From Candidatus Heimdallarchaeota archaeon (GTDB lineage: Archaea > Asgardarchaeota > Heimdallarchaeia > Heimdallarchaeales > Kariarchaeaceae), in assembly GCA_015523565.1 (NCBI GenBank), contig WAKA01000056.1, forward strand, positions 1,861-65,860: a DNA stretch of 64,000 bases. Direction: 5' to 3'. Within the stretch, counting starts at the first letter, position 1. Each line of letters opens with the position of its first letter. Positions 61,815 through 64,000 of this stretch are shown in pieces. The notes under the pieces are model-generated. The model saw only the letters and a program-made list of their open reading frames with translations, did no database searches and was not told the origin of the DNA. The translations under genes and the position numbers were made by a program.

Positions 61815-62648
61815 TCATGCATTGGCAGGATCTACTTCATCAGGATAAAATAGGAGGCGACCTTCCATTCCACCAGTCACCGCGATGTTTTGTCCACTTA
61901 TATGACCTGAAAGGAGAGGACTTAATAGGAATGCGACAGGATAAGCAATATCATTGGGAGTGGCAATTTTCCTCATCGCGGTGGTTTGCAAGACTTTTGT
62001 GACTGTTTTCAAATCTTTCAGACCGTCCTCAGCCATTTTGGTTTTTACCCAGCCAGGACTGACTGTATTGACCCTTCCATGCCTACTGATTTTAACAATT
62101 TCATTTTTCAAAGAAAGCATGAAACCATGCAAGGCCGATTTTGTCACAGAATAGTCAATATGACCAGCCTCTCCAAAAATACCAGCTGTAGAACCTATCA
62201 GGACGATAGAAGCATCTTCAATCGGATCTGATTTTAATAAACGGAGGAATTCCCTGCTACAGAGGAACATGGAAGTCAAATTTACCGCAAGGGTCCTATT
62301 CCATTGTTCAAGTGTCATTTCCACAATGGACGTATCTTTTGGAGGCCAAATGCCTGCATTGTTTACAAGACCATGCAAACTTCCACCCATGGACTTTATG
62401 TTTTCAAACATTTGTATAACTTGTTCCTCTTCACTTAAGTCAGCTTGTACAGGAAAACCATGATCATTGGGGATCCCCTCTTTTTCCATCCAATCCTTAA
62501 TTTCATTAATTCCTTGACTGGAACTGTTATAGTGAAGAAAAACAACTGCACCAGATTTCAATAAAACTTTTGCAGTGGCAGATCCAATTCCACCAGAAGC
62601 ACCTGTGACAAGTATTTTTCTTCCTGACAGACCTTCAATCATATGCAA
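61815..62648 (-). CDS. Short-chain dehydrogenase/reductase (SDR) family oxidoreductase
   Basis: The cofactor motif is VTGASGGIGSA, followed by NNAG. The catalytic motif is YSVTKSA (YxxxK). Confidence 0.85.
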   Translation of the reverse strand: MHMIEGLSGRKILVTGASGGIGSATAKVLLKSGAVVFLHYNSSSQGINEIKDWMEKEGIPNDHGFPVQADLSEEEQVIQMFENIKSMGGSLHGLVNNAGIWPPKDTSIVEMTLEQWNRTLAVNLTSMFLCSREFLRLLKSDPIEDASIVLIGSTAGIFGEAGHIDYSVTKSALHGFMLSLKNEIVKISRHGRVNTVSPGWVKTKMAEDGLKDLKTVTKVLQTTAMRKIATPNDIAYPVAFLLSPLLSGHISGQNIAVTGGMEGRLLFYPDEVDPANA

Positions 62649-62789
62649 TCTATTTTGGAAGTGGTGTTAAGGATTTCTTTTATCCCAATTGCAATTTTGG
62701 ATAATGAAAACATAACAATAGCCTTCTTTCAATAGCCACCATTTCAGGAATTGTTCTATGATTTGTATAGTTTAGTCCTAATTACAGAA

Positions 62790-63503
62790 TTACAAAATTC
62801 CGAGAAGTTCTTTTAGGTTCCCCACATGATCTGGTGGAATAGCATTCGGATGATCTGTGTTGGTTTGATGTGTATCAGTCATCCATGTTTTTATCCCCAC
62901 ACTTTTTGCGGCATTATCATAAAGAAAATCATTCCCTACCATAACTGTATTTTCTGGACGGCTATTGGAAATTTTTAGCAAGGACAGAAAGTATTGAGGA
63001 TAAGGCTTACAGAAATTTGAGTTTTCGGCATGTGTAAAATGAATGAAATCTGAAGGGGAGAGATTGGCCCACGTAATACGCTTTTCCGTTGCCAACTTGT
63101 AAAACAATGGCTGTGTTGCCAAGATTACTTTATACCCCTTTTCTTTGGCATCAAGAACCAAATCCCGTCCATGGGGTATGGGACGGGTTCTTTCCCTTAG
63201 ACGATCAAAGGTAGTCTTATAAAACTTGATGAACCGCGACTTTGCCTCTTCCTCAGTCAATCCAGTAAAGGGAGTGAAATACTCAAAAAATGCATCCACA
63301 ACGGGTCGTGGTTTTGTATTTTTTATCATTTTTTCAGTGCCAATCATCAGGTGTTTTACAAATTCATCAAATGACATGACATCCAAAAAGAATTTTGCGG
63401 CTTCAGGGATGTAAACACCTTCAAAGTCAGCATCTGACAAATCAAGAAGTGTTCCGTCCAAATCAATGAAAATAGTGTCAATATCAGTAAAATCCACAAC
63501 CAA
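62790..63503 (-). CDS. HAD-like hydrolase
   Basis: Motif I is IFIDLDGTLLD and there is a late VGNDFLYD motif. Confidence 0.65.
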   Translation of the reverse strand: MVVDFTDIDTIFIDLDGTLLDLSDADFEGVYIPEAAKFFLDVMSFDEFVKHLMIGTEKMIKNTKPRPVVDAFFEYFTPFTGLTEEEAKSRFIKFYKTTFDRLRERTRPIPHGRDLVLDAKEKGYKVILATQPLFYKLATEKRITWANLSPSDFIHFTHAENSNFCKPYPQYFLSLLKISNSRPENTVMVGNDFLYDNAAKSVGIKTWMTDTHQTNTDHPNAIPPDHVGNLKELLGIL

Positions 63504-63539
63504 GATTATTTTAATCCATATTAATAATTTTCACACATG

Positions 63540-63989
63540 CTAGATTGAAAATGTCTTATTTTGTTGACTTCGGAAGGATGTCCATTGATAGAGCCCCAAT
63601 CCTGCACCAAACAGGGCAACAGTAATTATCAATTGAATTAAAACAGCAATAGAACCAGAAATGCCACTAATACGCTGTTCAAAGAATTCTTGAAGGGATA
63701 CATTAAAAAGAAATGCAAAAGTGGCTGGCACTGCACTGACTATACTTCCAGATACGGCGAGAATTTTTGAAAGCCTATGGTCAATAACTTTTGATTTCAA
63801 ACGTATTGAATCTATCAATTCATACCCTTGGAAAAATTCAATGCGCGAATCCATCCATCCTTTAGAGAGGGGAGTCACGTAAAATGTGGTTGTAGTTTCC
63901 TCTTCTGGTTTGACAACCCTTTCAGTTGGAGTGACAATGCATCCAGGGAAATGGGGGCGGATAGTGACTGGTTTCTCTTCCTCAACCAC
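63540..63989 (-). CDS. Hypothetical membrane protein (possibly 5'-truncated by the window edge)
   Basis: It has two C-terminal TM helices. The reading frame stays open upstream of the GTG at 63989 to the end of the window. Confidence 0.4.
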   Translation of the reverse strand: MVEEEKPVTIRPHFPGCIVTPTERVVKPEEETTTTFYVTPLSKGWMDSRIEFFQGYELIDSIRLKSKVIDHRLSKILAVSGSIVSAVPATFAFLFNVSLQEFFEQRISGISGSIAVLIQLIITVALFGAGLGLYQWTSFRSQQNKTFSI

Positions 63990-64000
63990 AATCGTCTCAG

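Overview
AT-rich archaeal chromosomal segment that is almost fully coding, with about 60 genes. All calls come from reading the ORF translations and raw sequence by eye. No database search or HMM was run, so family names are motif-level recognitions. Archaeal and eukaryote-type information-processing genes are frequent: eS8, SRP19, Gar1, eS30, Nop5-fibrillarin, Elp3, TruD/Pus7, Pth2 and ValRS. Together with two Ras/Rab-like small GTPases and an Urm1-like beta-grasp protein ending in GG, this points to an Asgard-type (Loki-like) archaeon; that assignment is inference. Metabolic and housekeeping genes include a membrane H+-pyrophosphatase, EtfBA, an acyl-CoA carboxyltransferase, a crotonase, MoaC/MoaB/MoaE, QueC, geranylgeranyl reductase, an ABC-2 exporter, a CDF transporter, HAD and SDR enzymes, and an S9 peptidase. 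The dominant feature is a 15.3 kb tandem pair of giant genes at 26249-32863 and 32879-41560. Both products have a signal peptide and a C-terminal membrane anchor. The first carries about 25 TSP3-type calcium-binding repeats. The second carries more than 20 FG-GAP/VCBS-like (integrin-alpha-like) blades, plus PQQ-like blades and BNR/Asp-box motifs. I consider this pair the best candidate for an undescribed cell-surface adhesion or contact system. Other points worth a second look are an Urm1-like/QueC gene pair and a compact PriS-like primase-fold protein. A ValRS gene has its conserved N-terminus upstream of any canonical start codon and a degenerate HIGH motif. There is also a REC-REC-PPDK_N protein behind a GC-enriched etfBA pair, an orphan vsr, a decayed nhaA pseudogene, and a 56-aa eS30 gene missing from the ORF track. 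I saw no rRNA, tRNA, CRISPR array or clear mobile element.
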